Positions 1 through 9,927 of a stretch of DNA of 64,000 nt are shown here, one piece after another; the first letter of the stretch is position 1, and every line of letters starts with the position of its first letter. This DNA is from Patellaria atrata CBS 101060 (lineage: Eukaryota): assembly GCA_010093705.1 (NCBI GenBank), contig MU006096.1, positions 1,076,004 to 1,140,003 of the forward strand, written 5' to 3'. The position numbers and the translations under genes are program-made. Under the pieces are notes generated by a model, which did not search any database, was not told the origin of the DNA, and was given only the letters and a program-made list of their open reading frames with translations.

Positions 1-234
1 AATTGAAAGAAGTCAGGCTACATTACTTTGTGGCCCAAGTTCCTCACCATCATCCGTCCAGTTACTCCGATCACGCTTTTGACTACTTACACGGCCATGT
101 GCTTTTCATGCTCCTCAATCTCTGTGACGGAGTCTTGGAAACCTGACCTTAATACCCGCATACCTTACAACTCCGAATCTTGTAGCCCTTAAATTTCTAC
201 CGCACATGGAAACATCTTCCAATAATCCGCGAAG

Positions 235-3200
235 ATGCTCGGCCAACTTCTACACTCGTTCAATCCCTCCCGTCGCGGAGTACCGCGCCCACCTACGATG
301 ATCGAATCGGAAGTTGAAGATGCACATACGAAGAATCTACTGTTTCCAGACGCTGCTATACTGTTACCTGAGGGTCAGGCATATCACCTCTCGAGCCCGC
401 CTAGTACCGTTGGAAATGTGTCTGGAAATGGTTATGACGGAACGCAAGAAGGGAATCTTTCAGATTTAGAACACTCAAGAGACGTTAGGTTTATAATAGC
501 GCAAGATGAAGTACACGGCCATCGTGCGGTGTTGTTCGATTCAAAGCAGCACTCACTGTCCGAATCCCCGAAAGAAAGTCCTACAATGAGGGCAGTCCGA
601 AGGCCTTCCGTGAGCGGTGGACCTTCACTGCCACCTACTGGCGCCTTCTCCTCCCGTAGAGCTTCGCTAACTTCAGAAATTACTCCACCACGGTCACCAG
701 CTGCTCTCCCAGGCGGGGGAGTCTTTTTCCGTTCGCGAGCACGAAATACCTCTATATCGTCCATGCCCAACATTGATGAGACAACTTCTAATCGCACATG
801 GGAGTCGGATGAGATAGTCAAGACGTGCTTAGACTGCATGTTCGGGAATGTAGCTATGGGGTATCGTGGACCGGGTTACAAGTTTCACATTGTACCCCTC
901 GAGCCAAAAGCTCCTGAACAAAGTATCCCAAGCCCCATACTAGAAGGTTCAAGCTCTTTCGGTAGGGCGGAAGGGAGACGACGAAGTAATTTGGCACGAT
1001 CTTATACTCCATCGAATCCTCCTCCAGATCTACCTCCTTGGAGTGCTGAAAGCCCTAATCTGAGTAACAAAGACGCACCTCGCAGGACTTTAATCTACAC
1101 TCGTACCTTTTCCGTACCTGATCAGATTGAGCCAACGACTGGTACCCCTCGCGACAGTCCGATGACTCCCCATGGGTCGTTAAACAAAGGTCATAGCTTT
1201 CCATTTTCACGAAATGACGCAGGAAATAGGCCATCTAATCTTCACCAACAGAGATCCAGAGCTACTAAATCCCCAATGTACGCTATTACTCTTATAGTGC
1301 ACCTTCCAGTTTCGCAATCGCGCCCTTCGGTGCGGTTTCCTAAAATGGCCCAACGGACTCCAGGATCTCTCCACGGTCACGATTCTCTTGCATCCTCATT
1401 GGATTCAGATCAGCGTGCAGGATGGTCGCTGATTGACACTGCCTCTGTGATGGACTCGTTCTGGTCTTCAACTAGCGATGTCGATGAGCGCGTTGATGCA
1501 GTAGGACATCATTGGGATGTGATTACGCGAACTTTGAACGCACTACAAGTCGTGGCGCAGAAGAAAATTATCGAACTCTTTAAAGCACAAGGTATGGTCG
1601 ATTCAGCCGTACCTGCTTCCCAGTTGTCTAATCGCACGTCGCTCCCCACTCAAAACGGTCATCCTCAGGGCAATCGCCAACACTATCTTCGACCGTACGA
1701 ACTCGCCTTCGATAAGGAAATCAAGAATGCGGTTGCTCGTGCCAGCGAGAGGGTTGTACGTGGTATGAAGATTCCGAGAGTGATAACCGGGCAGGGTCGT
1801 TGGGGTGTCTGGCGTGAGGAAGCCAGATGGTTGGGACGATGGGCTGGTGGCCGAGATCAGAACTTCTTTTTCTTCAATCTTTTGACAGCATTCCTTGGGA
1901 CACATACTGAGTGGCTCAGCATACTTGGACCCAAATGGCATCGGAAACGACATTACGAGCAGCAGAAATCGAATGTCGGGGAAGATATTGGCCTATTTAG
2001 CAGGACCGTTATCGCCTCAACAGATAAAATGGCGGCAAGAAGATTGATTTTTCTTCTCTCTACATTCCTACCTGCATCGCATATTACTCAAGATAATGCT
2101 TCACCCGCTCGACCAAGCACGTCAGCATCGTTCAGGGCATATTCTCAGTCACCACCATCAAATCTTACCGTTTCCCGTCAACCTTCACTTCGACGGACAA
2201 TTAATCGACGTGGAAACAGAAGCCGCACTAATATGAAGCATTCCCTTCCTGGTAAGGGACAAGAGTCGTCGACCGCTAATGTTACTGAGGAAAGCGAATC
2301 AGCAGATCCTTCTTTCTCGCAGTATCATCATTCACGTCGCCCTTCAGAGGCACTGTCATTTGTCACAATAGCTGATCTCCCTAATCTCTCACATATTGAC
2401 CTGAATGCGCGAAAGTGCAGTGCTGCCACGACATCCACTGTTACCCCTGAGGATGCAATACCGGTGGCTCACTTCACGAGCCATCGCGGTACACACACCG
2501 GTCCGAGACCAGGAAGCAGCAGTAGCCTTGCCTCTACCAACCTAATCAATGCTTTGCAGAGAAATAATAGTGCCACGGCGAGCAGTCCTAGCTCGGAATC
2601 TCAACCCAGTCGATGGGGAAGTCTCATGAGCTTTTGGAGCAGCAATGGGCGACGAGAGTCGTCTACGGATCACAGTGATATACTTCAAACTACTGATGAG
2701 GGCTTGGGAATTTCTGGCGCGGGACCGAGAGTACAAGATCGGAGATCAAAGAGTCGATTGGAACAAATGGTGGATGAAGCAGGAATGGTGGGAACGTATA
2801 AGCACGACTTTGATGATCCCTCTCAACCAGTATCAGAAGACTCTGCAGCTTCTTCGCGACAACTTCCATCTGATGTTCATATCATCCGTACCGCGGGCCG
2901 ACCCATTCCGGCCCGACCGCGGACATCCCATTCGCCTCTTAAACTCTCTGTTAACTCTGCAGATGGCGTCATCGATGTCGATATTCCAATCCCCTCGTTT
3001 GGTTCACCACTCAACTCTCCTTTTCTCGGAGCTGCTCAATCTGTTTCTAGCGCTGAGGGTGGCTCTTCGTATGGCCAGACCTCGATACAGTCGTATTCTC
3101 GTCGCCAAGATCACGAGAATCGCGTCAACGTCGCCGGCTGGCTGAGCAAATTCCATCCGGATTTCTCCCTTCAGGGAGTGAATCAATATCCAGAGCTCGA

Positions 3201-4002
3201 ACGCGATATCCGAGAAGCCATGCAGCTCGAACCAACGCCGCTATCGTCTTCAGTAACGCCAACAATCGAATCCGGCCCAGTGGAGAAGTGGATCGATGTC
3301 GCCCAAACCCTGATCGCAGACACGACCTCCTTCACAGTTAAGCGAATCCGTCTCCGACGACACGTCCGCCTCATCCCGATGCCGAACCAACCTGCCATGA
3401 CGCCCGGACCGCACGCACAACGCAGTCAATACGGCAATCCGTACAGCATGGGCGCCGGCCCGAACCTCCCGATGACGGAAATGCTCCTCGGCGAGCAGTG
3501 GGACGACGAACAGATCTGCGACCTCGACGGCATCCTCGCCGACGCCGTCGAGCGCGTCCTAGCCACCAGCACCACCCCCGACACAACGAAAGACCCGAGC
3601 CGCGTCAGCAGCCGCAGCAGTTCCGTCCGCGGTCGTCCTGGTCTCCGGTCTACTCGCTCCATGGATGTGGACCGCGACACTACCAATATCACTCCAGCGC
3701 CTTCTAACACCTCTACGGCCACCGTCGTTCCAGACTCCCAATCGACTCTAGAACCAGAGGAGCAAGCGATACAGACACCCGTCTTGGAGATCCCGAAACA
3801 CGAGTGTAAGTGCGTCGTCCTAGGCGCGCTGGAACAGATCGTCAAGACGGTTAATAAAGGCGAGAAGCGCGCGAGGGAGAAGGCGGAGGGGAAGAACATA
3901 CAAGAGAGTAAGAGGAAGGAGAGACTCGGTGCTGGCGATAGCACGCTTAGGGATGGTGTTAGGAGGTGGTTGCGCGACGTCGAGGATGCCGCGGCGAAGT
4001 AG
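235..4002 (+). CDS. LST4: Folliculin-interacting protein (FNIP/Lst4-like), intronless, 1255 aa
   Basis: Long uninterrupted ORF. N-terminal VRFIIAQD...LFDS and CMFG segments fit the FNIP longin region. The central FFNLLTAFLGTHTEW...RTVI...ARRLIFLLSTFLP block and C-terminal FHPDFSLQG fit the fungal FNIP/DENN-like region. Confidence 0.8.
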   Translation: MLGQLLHSFNPSRRGVPRPPTMIESEVEDAHTKNLLFPDAAILLPEGQAYHLSSPPSTVGNVSGNGYDGTQEGNLSDLEHSRDVRFIIAQDEVHGHRAVLFDSKQHSLSESPKESPTMRAVRRPSVSGGPSLPPTGAFSSRRASLTSEITPPRSPAALPGGGVFFRSRARNTSISSMPNIDETTSNRTWESDEIVKTCLDCMFGNVAMGYRGPGYKFHIVPLEPKAPEQSIPSPILEGSSSFGRAEGRRRSNLARSYTPSNPPPDLPPWSAESPNLSNKDAPRRTLIYTRTFSVPDQIEPTTGTPRDSPMTPHGSLNKGHSFPFSRNDAGNRPSNLHQQRSRATKSPMYAITLIVHLPVSQSRPSVRFPKMAQRTPGSLHGHDSLASSLDSDQRAGWSLIDTASVMDSFWSSTSDVDERVDAVGHHWDVITRTLNALQVVAQKKIIELFKAQGMVDSAVPASQLSNRTSLPTQNGHPQGNRQHYLRPYELAFDKEIKNAVARASERVVRGMKIPRVITGQGRWGVWREEARWLGRWAGGRDQNFFFFNLLTAFLGTHTEWLSILGPKWHRKRHYEQQKSNVGEDIGLFSRTVIASTDKMAARRLIFLLSTFLPASHITQDNASPARPSTSASFRAYSQSPPSNLTVSRQPSLRRTINRRGNRSRTNMKHSLPGKGQESSTANVTEESESADPSFSQYHHSRRPSEALSFVTIADLPNLSHIDLNARKCSAATTSTVTPEDAIPVAHFTSHRGTHTGPRPGSSSSLASTNLINALQRNNSATASSPSSESQPSRWGSLMSFWSSNGRRESSTDHSDILQTTDEGLGISGAGPRVQDRRSKSRLEQMVDEAGMVGTYKHDFDDPSQPVSEDSAASSRQLPSDVHIIRTAGRPIPARPRTSHSPLKLSVNSADGVIDVDIPIPSFGSPLNSPFLGAAQSVSSAEGGSSYGQTSIQSYSRRQDHENRVNVAGWLSKFHPDFSLQGVNQYPELERDIREAMQLEPTPLSSSVTPTIESGPVEKWIDVAQTLIADTTSFTVKRIRLRRHVRLIPMPNQPAMTPGPHAQRSQYGNPYSMGAGPNLPMTEMLLGEQWDDEQICDLDGILADAVERVLATSTTPDTTKDPSRVSSRSSSVRGRPGLRSTRSMDVDRDTTNITPAPSNTSTATVVPDSQSTLEPEEQAIQTPVLEIPKHECKCVVLGALEQIVKTVNKGEKRAREKAEGKNIQESKRKERLGAGDSTLRDGVRRWLRDVEDAAAK

Positions 4003-4548
4003 GCATTGGTTTTAAGTGGGTTTGTTGGGGCGTAGGTAGGTTTATTTCCTGGGATCTTGATCTTGTCCCGTCGATGTTTCCGAGGGGCATGTAATCGTAT
4101 ACTTTCTTTCCTTTCCTTCTCCTGCGTTTCTTTTATCGAGATTCTCACGCTGTGGGATGTACTACCCCCGTATCCTTCTTCTTTCTCTTCTTTAAAGATG
4201 CCCTATGCAGAAGCTCCAGTTTTATGTTCTTCCCTTTAGAGATTCCCCCGATACGAATGTGGTGGAAGGCGAGATGGTTTTAATGACGGTAATGAGGGCA
4301 CGCTGTAATGACTAATGACGGGATTAATCACATGCATATAGACGAATTATATTCACGGCTGAGGTAGAATAGAAAGTATATGGTATCATATATAGCAGCA
4401 TTGCGGTCTTATGTGTTGCTGGTACGTGAAACAGATGCGGGTTGAATTTGAAGGTAGATGGTGATATCAAAGCTAATCAAACACACACTTTCAAAACCAA
4501 CGTTTAGGAATTCCGCTTGTATCTTCTCCCAAAAGGATGCTTCTCTGG

Positions 4549-5916
4549 TTACTTCTTCAGCGCCGCCAACGCAGCCTTGACAGCCGGCACCTCCTCATCC
4601 TTACCCAAGATGTCAGGCACAGGTCCTACGGGCGTGATACTCTGTTTCACAATCAGCACTTATCCCTCGCAACTTCCTACCAACCACCCATTCCTCACCC
4701 ACACTTAAAAAGGGGATGAACTCACAAACTGATTGATCTGACGATGACTCTTCGTATAATGCCTCTTGATATGCTCAAACTGCGTCGTGTCCCCGAACGC
4801 CGGCTCATCCCAATACAGCTTCCGCAACCACTTATGAATGGCGGGGTATCCCGAGCGTATATCCCTGATATTGCACTTGAAGTGCTGCACGTAGACGGGG
4901 TCGAAGCGCACGACGGTCGTGTACAGCCTTACGTCGGCCTCGGTGACACGGTCGCCGAAATAGTACGGGCCTGGGGAAGAAGCGAGGTGCGCTTCGACGC
5001 GGTCTAAGGCGGTGAAGAGGGCGCGCACGTTAGACTCGTACGCTTCACCCGTGGTGGCGAAACCGGATTTGTACACGCCGTTGTTGATGTCGTTGTAGGT
5101 CCATGTATTCGTCTCTTCGATTTTCTCCCGCAGCTCGGCGGGGAACAGGTCGAGGGATTTGTGGGGCTCCGGGAGCAGGCCGTCGAAGGAGTAGTACAGC
5201 ATCCGGATTATGTCGGCCGATTCGTTGTTCACGATCTTGTTGGTCTTTTTGTCGTAGAGGGTCGGCACGGTGAAGCGGCCGCTGTAGGAGGAGTCGTGCG
5301 CAAGGTAGATCTGCCGCAGGTGCGTGTAGTCGGGGTGCAGTGGGTCGGGGGTGACGTTTTCTCCGGGGACGTCCTCGTTGGGCTCGGCGAAGCGCCAGCC
5401 TGGGAGGTGGGTAAGTAAGGGTTTAGGAGTATAGGTGTTTATGGAAACATGGGGATGTATAGGGGTAGGGGGGCTTTTTGTTAGGAAGGAGATACCTTTC
5501 TCAAGCATATGCCAGTGAACGGCGGTGAAGGGGATGATGTCCTCGAGTCCCTTCAGCTTCCGTACGATGAGAGTCCGATGGGCCCAGGGACAAGCGTACG
5601 AGACGTAGAGATGGTAGCGATCTTTCTCGGGTGGATACTGAGCTCCAGGCTCAGTGGATACCCAGTTTCTGAAGCTGGAGTCCTGGCGCTTGAACTCTCC
5701 TGATTTGTCGGATGGATCGACCCAATTGAGGATGTTTTTCTTATCGTCTTTATCCTAGAGGGTGTGTAAGAGCTCTGGTTTGATAATTAAATAAGATACA
5801 ATCCTTGAACTCACTGATGACATAGTTGCGAAGCTCCGTGGTATGATTATTGACTGGAATGCTGCACTCCTAAGGTGACCTGATACTAATCTCGCTCTCG
5901 AAAGGATTGAATTCAT
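4549..5916 (-). CDS. Glutathionyl-hydroquinone reductase / omega(Xi)-class glutathione transferase (Ecm4/YqjG-like), 4 exons
   Basis: Spliced translation gives GEFKRQDSSFRNW, the active-site YVSYACPWAHR, FTVPTLYDKKTNKIVNNESADI, INNGVYKSGFA, RFDPVYVQHFKCN and ITPVGP. Three GT-AG introns. Stop TAA at 4549-4551. In-frame ATGs at 5916 and 5823. Confidence 0.92.
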
Positions 5917-6369
5917 AAGATAACAAAAGAGAGGATTCGAAAGGAGAGCGGAGAAGACGAGTATTAAAGTAAAAGATTTGAGCAGTATGTGCATGAATTG
6001 AAGGTATATCCAGCTGAACGTTGATGGTATGGTATTGACGTGCTAGATAGCTCATAGCAGGGGTGGTTTGGTGGGGAGAATGGATGACATAGCCTGACAA
6101 AAGCACCCCACATATTGATCAGGATGAATTCGTACTAGCTTCAATTGATGAATATCTGCATTACAAATGCTTTGAAAATCTCCATCTGCCTACTTCAACT
6201 TCATAAGCAATTTCCCCTTCTCATCACCAATCACCCTATCTGTATTCTGTTCAAATGTCGAATTTGGACCTTCTTCCGGCCGTCATGCATTTACCCATCT
6301 TCAATCTTCGGAATTGTACTGTACAGTTTACCCCTGACTCTGACGGTCGAGTACATTCCCAATATCAAA

Positions 6370-6580
6370 TCCACAACTCCACGCGTTGAAATAACCCCAG
6401 AACTCCATATAAAAGTCAAAGTTCATGCATAGTACACCCAGAACACACCATGCATATAAAGAAATCTATATTTCCACTTGAGGGAACGAACTCCAGGTAT
6501 AGTGCACAAACAGAACCTCCATGTATAGAAAAAAACCCAGACTCCATGTATAGATGGCGTGACCCAGAACTCATATATCA
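6370..6580. repeat. Degenerate array of about 6-7 copies of a CCCAGAACTCCATGTATAG-like motif
   Basis: Variants ccccagaactccatat, acccagaacacaccatgcata, gaactccaggtatag, cagaacctccatgtatag, cccagactccatgtatag and cccagaactcatat, spaced about 30-50 nt apart. Confidence 0.6.
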
Positions 6581-7078
6581 CCCCTTGTATCTAAACCCTC
6601 TCTCCCCCAACCCCTTCTCCGATGGTTAAGTCTCTCATTCCTATGCTCAGCTTCATCATCGCCCAATTGTTCATCAACACTGCGTTTCCTTCCCCCTGTC
6701 TGCTGGACCTGATTTTCAATTCCATATTCCATTCCGTTCATTTTCTGCTGGACAAGGTTTTCAGATTGGTATACCATGGAAGTAATTTTATTCTGAGCTG
6801 GAGCTCCATGCTGATGTGTGAGGGTAGCAAATTGCTGTCGGGAGGAGCCAAACTACCGCTGTTGTCATGCTAATGTACTCCGACGATTCGGTACCTGTAT
6901 AGGCTCAACGAATTCGATTTCTTGAGATAAATCGATATACGACTGTTGGATATTCGCTGCTGTTCGTTGTTCCGGTACAGGGTTCTCGAATTCAATTTTT
7001 CGAGTGAAATCGAACTTCGGCTGCTGAACATTCCATGTATTCAGTCTCTTCGGTACAGGCTGAGTGAAGTCGACTTCC

Positions 7079-9166
7079 CTAATTTTCTTCATGACCGCGC
7101 TTCTGTCCACCCGGTTGTTGAGGTGGCACCAACGGGTAGAGATTCGTATTGAATTGCTGCTGATTACCGGGGAATTGCTGTCGGTGTTGTACATTTTGTA
7201 GTCCATTAGGATTCATCCATGAATCGACAGTCTGCTGAAACTGTTGCTGCACAAATTGGTCGTACCCCATTCCTTGAGCTACCAGCTGTCGATGATAGCT
7301 CGTATCGTATTCAGTGTTGAGTACTGGTTGGGTCAACAGGGCCGCATTATGATCCCAACCGGGGGCCCAAAGCGACTGCCGTGTCTCTGTTTGTGGATCG
7401 CCATATGATTGCATTGGCTGCCGTGGTGGTGCAAATGGAACCCGTGGAGGTTGACCCCCTGGCACCGTCTTCATCCATTGACCGTCATGTGAGGGCCCCA
7501 AGGATTCTAGTGACGGGCGTATATTGTGTAGTTGTGTATGTGGCGTTGGCAAAAATGAACCGGCTTGTTGTTGGAGTTGACCAGTGCCAGGAGTATGTGC
7601 AAATAAACCAGCTTGTTTCTGCTGATGTAGTTGCTGCGGAGGTGCTAAGTTTGCAAATTGCTGCGATGGAGAGTGATATCTGACCACATTCATCATGGGG
7701 GATGGAGTGAACAACTGCTGGCCACCTACGTTCGTCTGCCTGAGGTTGTTTTGTGACGTCTGATACGTCTGATTTCCTTGAGTCGATCTAGATCGCGGTG
7801 GAGTCGTCAAGTCGTGGATCTCTACTATCTTATCTTGTTCGTTAAGGGGTGATGCACCCGTCAGGTCGTATATTTCTATCGCAACACCCTGCCCATTAGG
7901 GGTTTCCCGTATTTCGCAAGGGATGGTTACTTTCGGAATCTGGACGTCTGACTCTAGTCGTTGTTTCTTTAGCAGGGTTCTGTCGAAGACCGCCTTTGCG
8001 TTTTCAAACAGTGATAGTCTAGCCTTACGGTCTTTCTCGGGGTCCAGTAGGCTCAAGCACAATTCTTTATCCCACTCTAGAGCCCCCTTAATATAATCTA
8101 ACCGCTGTTTGAAAGTTAGATGATCACCGGTCCTCTGTTCGAGGGGAAGTTTATAGAACATGAATAGTTGATTACCAACTCGTCCTGCCAGGTCCTTTCC
8201 AAATTCTTTGTTCTGCAAACCCCTCTTCAGTCGTTGATACGAAAGCGACCCGGGTTGATCTATGATACTAGTCATGTTCCGAATGGCGTGATAGAGATAT
8301 CTTGCAAGCCATGTGATGTTTGTCGCTCTCTCCGTGATTGCGTCTTCATTTGAGAAAGTTGAATCGTACCAGCGTTGTAACCATTTGGACTCCTTCTGAG
8401 CGTCTTTGAAAGAGAAGTTTGGCACTTGAACATGCTTAGAGTGGGATAATGGCGCAGTCTTGCTTGACTCCGAAAGGGGTGCTTCGGCATCAGGATTCTC
8501 AGAATTCAATCGAGTTCTTTTGACATCTGACTCCTGAACGTGCAATGCGGACCTTGAAATGGCGCGCTTTTTGAGATTGACTGAGGGACCTGGAGCATTG
8601 GATTCCTCATACGTCATAGAAATCTTTAGGCCACCTGGAGCGTTAGACTCCTCATAGGTAGATGAAGTTACTAGCTCTGGAGGATCCTCATGGTTTGATG
8701 AGGTTACCAGAGTATGAGACTCCTTAGTCCTTGATGGGCCTTCTGGAGCTCCACACTCATTCGAGTTCCTGAGGGCATTTTGATATATATGAGCGAGTCC
8801 CTGTACGTCTTCATCGCTCATCGGCTCACCATTCTCTACAGCGGATGTTATTACGTGATTATACGTGACTGCAGGAGCAACGCCGCTCCTTCGCTTAAGT
8901 TGCCTGTTCAAATCTGCAATGGATGGGGAACGGACATAACCCTGATCCCCTGCTGGTTGATATGATGCAAGTTTCGCTGCTGATACTGCATCGCCTCGGA
9001 TCTCCTTTTCTTCAAGATAGTTATCGTATTCCTTCCGGGAGGAAAATAGGTGGGTTGGGTAATTATCACCCTCGTAGAACTTCTGAACATAGTGAGGAAT
9101 CAAGTAAGCAAGTCGCTCCTGATTCGAGTACTGCTTGTCGATATTGACCTTTGCTAGTCGGGCCAT
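7079..9166 (-). CDS. Uncharacterised 695-aa protein with a central helical domain and Q/P-rich C-terminus
   Basis: Long ATG-initiated ORF with an internal duplication (TYEESNAPG twice) and a globular-looking core (LARYLYHAIRNM...LTFKQRLDYIKGAL..DKELCLSLL). No named family recognised. Confidence 0.7.
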   Translation of the reverse strand: MARLAKVNIDKQYSNQERLAYLIPHYVQKFYEGDNYPTHLFSSRKEYDNYLEEKEIRGDAVSAAKLASYQPAGDQGYVRSPSIADLNRQLKRRSGVAPAVTYNHVITSAVENGEPMSDEDVQGLAHIYQNALRNSNECGAPEGPSRTKESHTLVTSSNHEDPPELVTSSTYEESNAPGGLKISMTYEESNAPGPSVNLKKRAISRSALHVQESDVKRTRLNSENPDAEAPLSESSKTAPLSHSKHVQVPNFSFKDAQKESKWLQRWYDSTFSNEDAITERATNITWLARYLYHAIRNMTSIIDQPGSLSYQRLKRGLQNKEFGKDLAGRVGNQLFMFYKLPLEQRTGDHLTFKQRLDYIKGALEWDKELCLSLLDPEKDRKARLSLFENAKAVFDRTLLKKQRLESDVQIPKVTIPCEIRETPNGQGVAIEIYDLTGASPLNEQDKIVEIHDLTTPPRSRSTQGNQTYQTSQNNLRQTNVGGQQLFTPSPMMNVVRYHSPSQQFANLAPPQQLHQQKQAGLFAHTPGTGQLQQQAGSFLPTPHTQLHNIRPSLESLGPSHDGQWMKTVPGGQPPRVPFAPPRQPMQSYGDPQTETRQSLWAPGWDHNAALLTQPVLNTEYDTSYHRQLVAQGMGYDQFVQQQFQQTVDSWMNPNGLQNVQHRQQFPGNQQQFNTNLYPLVPPQQPGGQKRGHEEN

Positions 9167-9927
9167 GACGACGGACGCGAAGATAATTATATACTTAGTG
9201 ATGGCGGTTGTTGACGGAGGTGATGATAGTTATGTACTTTAGATACAATGATTGTTCTGTTGTATGTCAACAAGCAGAAGTAGGCATGGACCATGAAAGT
9301 TTGTGCAAGCGGTTTGTAGGGAAATAATGAGACGTAGTGGATAAAATAGTAAGAAGTCCGTGGCTAAGCGTTTTGTGGGGTTTGGAAGGTAAGAGCAGAG
9401 CATGCAGGAGAGAGGAAAGTTAGAGGGAGATTACAACCGGCTACCTGGGGGTTGGACACGTCCAGAAGACCGCCAAGGTCTGTATCAAAAGGTCTGCAGA
9501 GTAGTCCAAACAAGTTTATGCATTCTTAAACAGTGTAGATAGAGATGAGAAACGAGAGCTTGCGTGAAGTGTCGATCCAAGAGCATGTGATTGCCATATC
9601 ACGCTGCTACAAACGCCGGAAGTAGAACACCTCAACACTGTGGTCAAAATCCGAAGTCATAGTATATTAAAACCAAACATTTTCGATGACACATGGACCA
9701 AAGTCCAGTAAAGATACCTACTTAGGGCTGCGGTCGAATCTTCGATGATTAAACTGGATGGCTCACACAGTCAACATAAACAAAGCAATTCTGACGAAAA
9801 TAAATAGCGCCGAAAATATCTTGTATAAGTTCAAAGGAATGTTATCTTCATTTCCCGTAAGTGAATGAGCTATAAAGAGCGTACCTGTTAAAACTGACTA
9901 TATGCGCCATAATGAAGAGAAAATAAC

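Noticed and set aside
6370..6580. CRISPR-like repeat-spacer appearance
   Set aside because: Eukaryotic context, degenerate repeats, irregular spacing and no cas genes.
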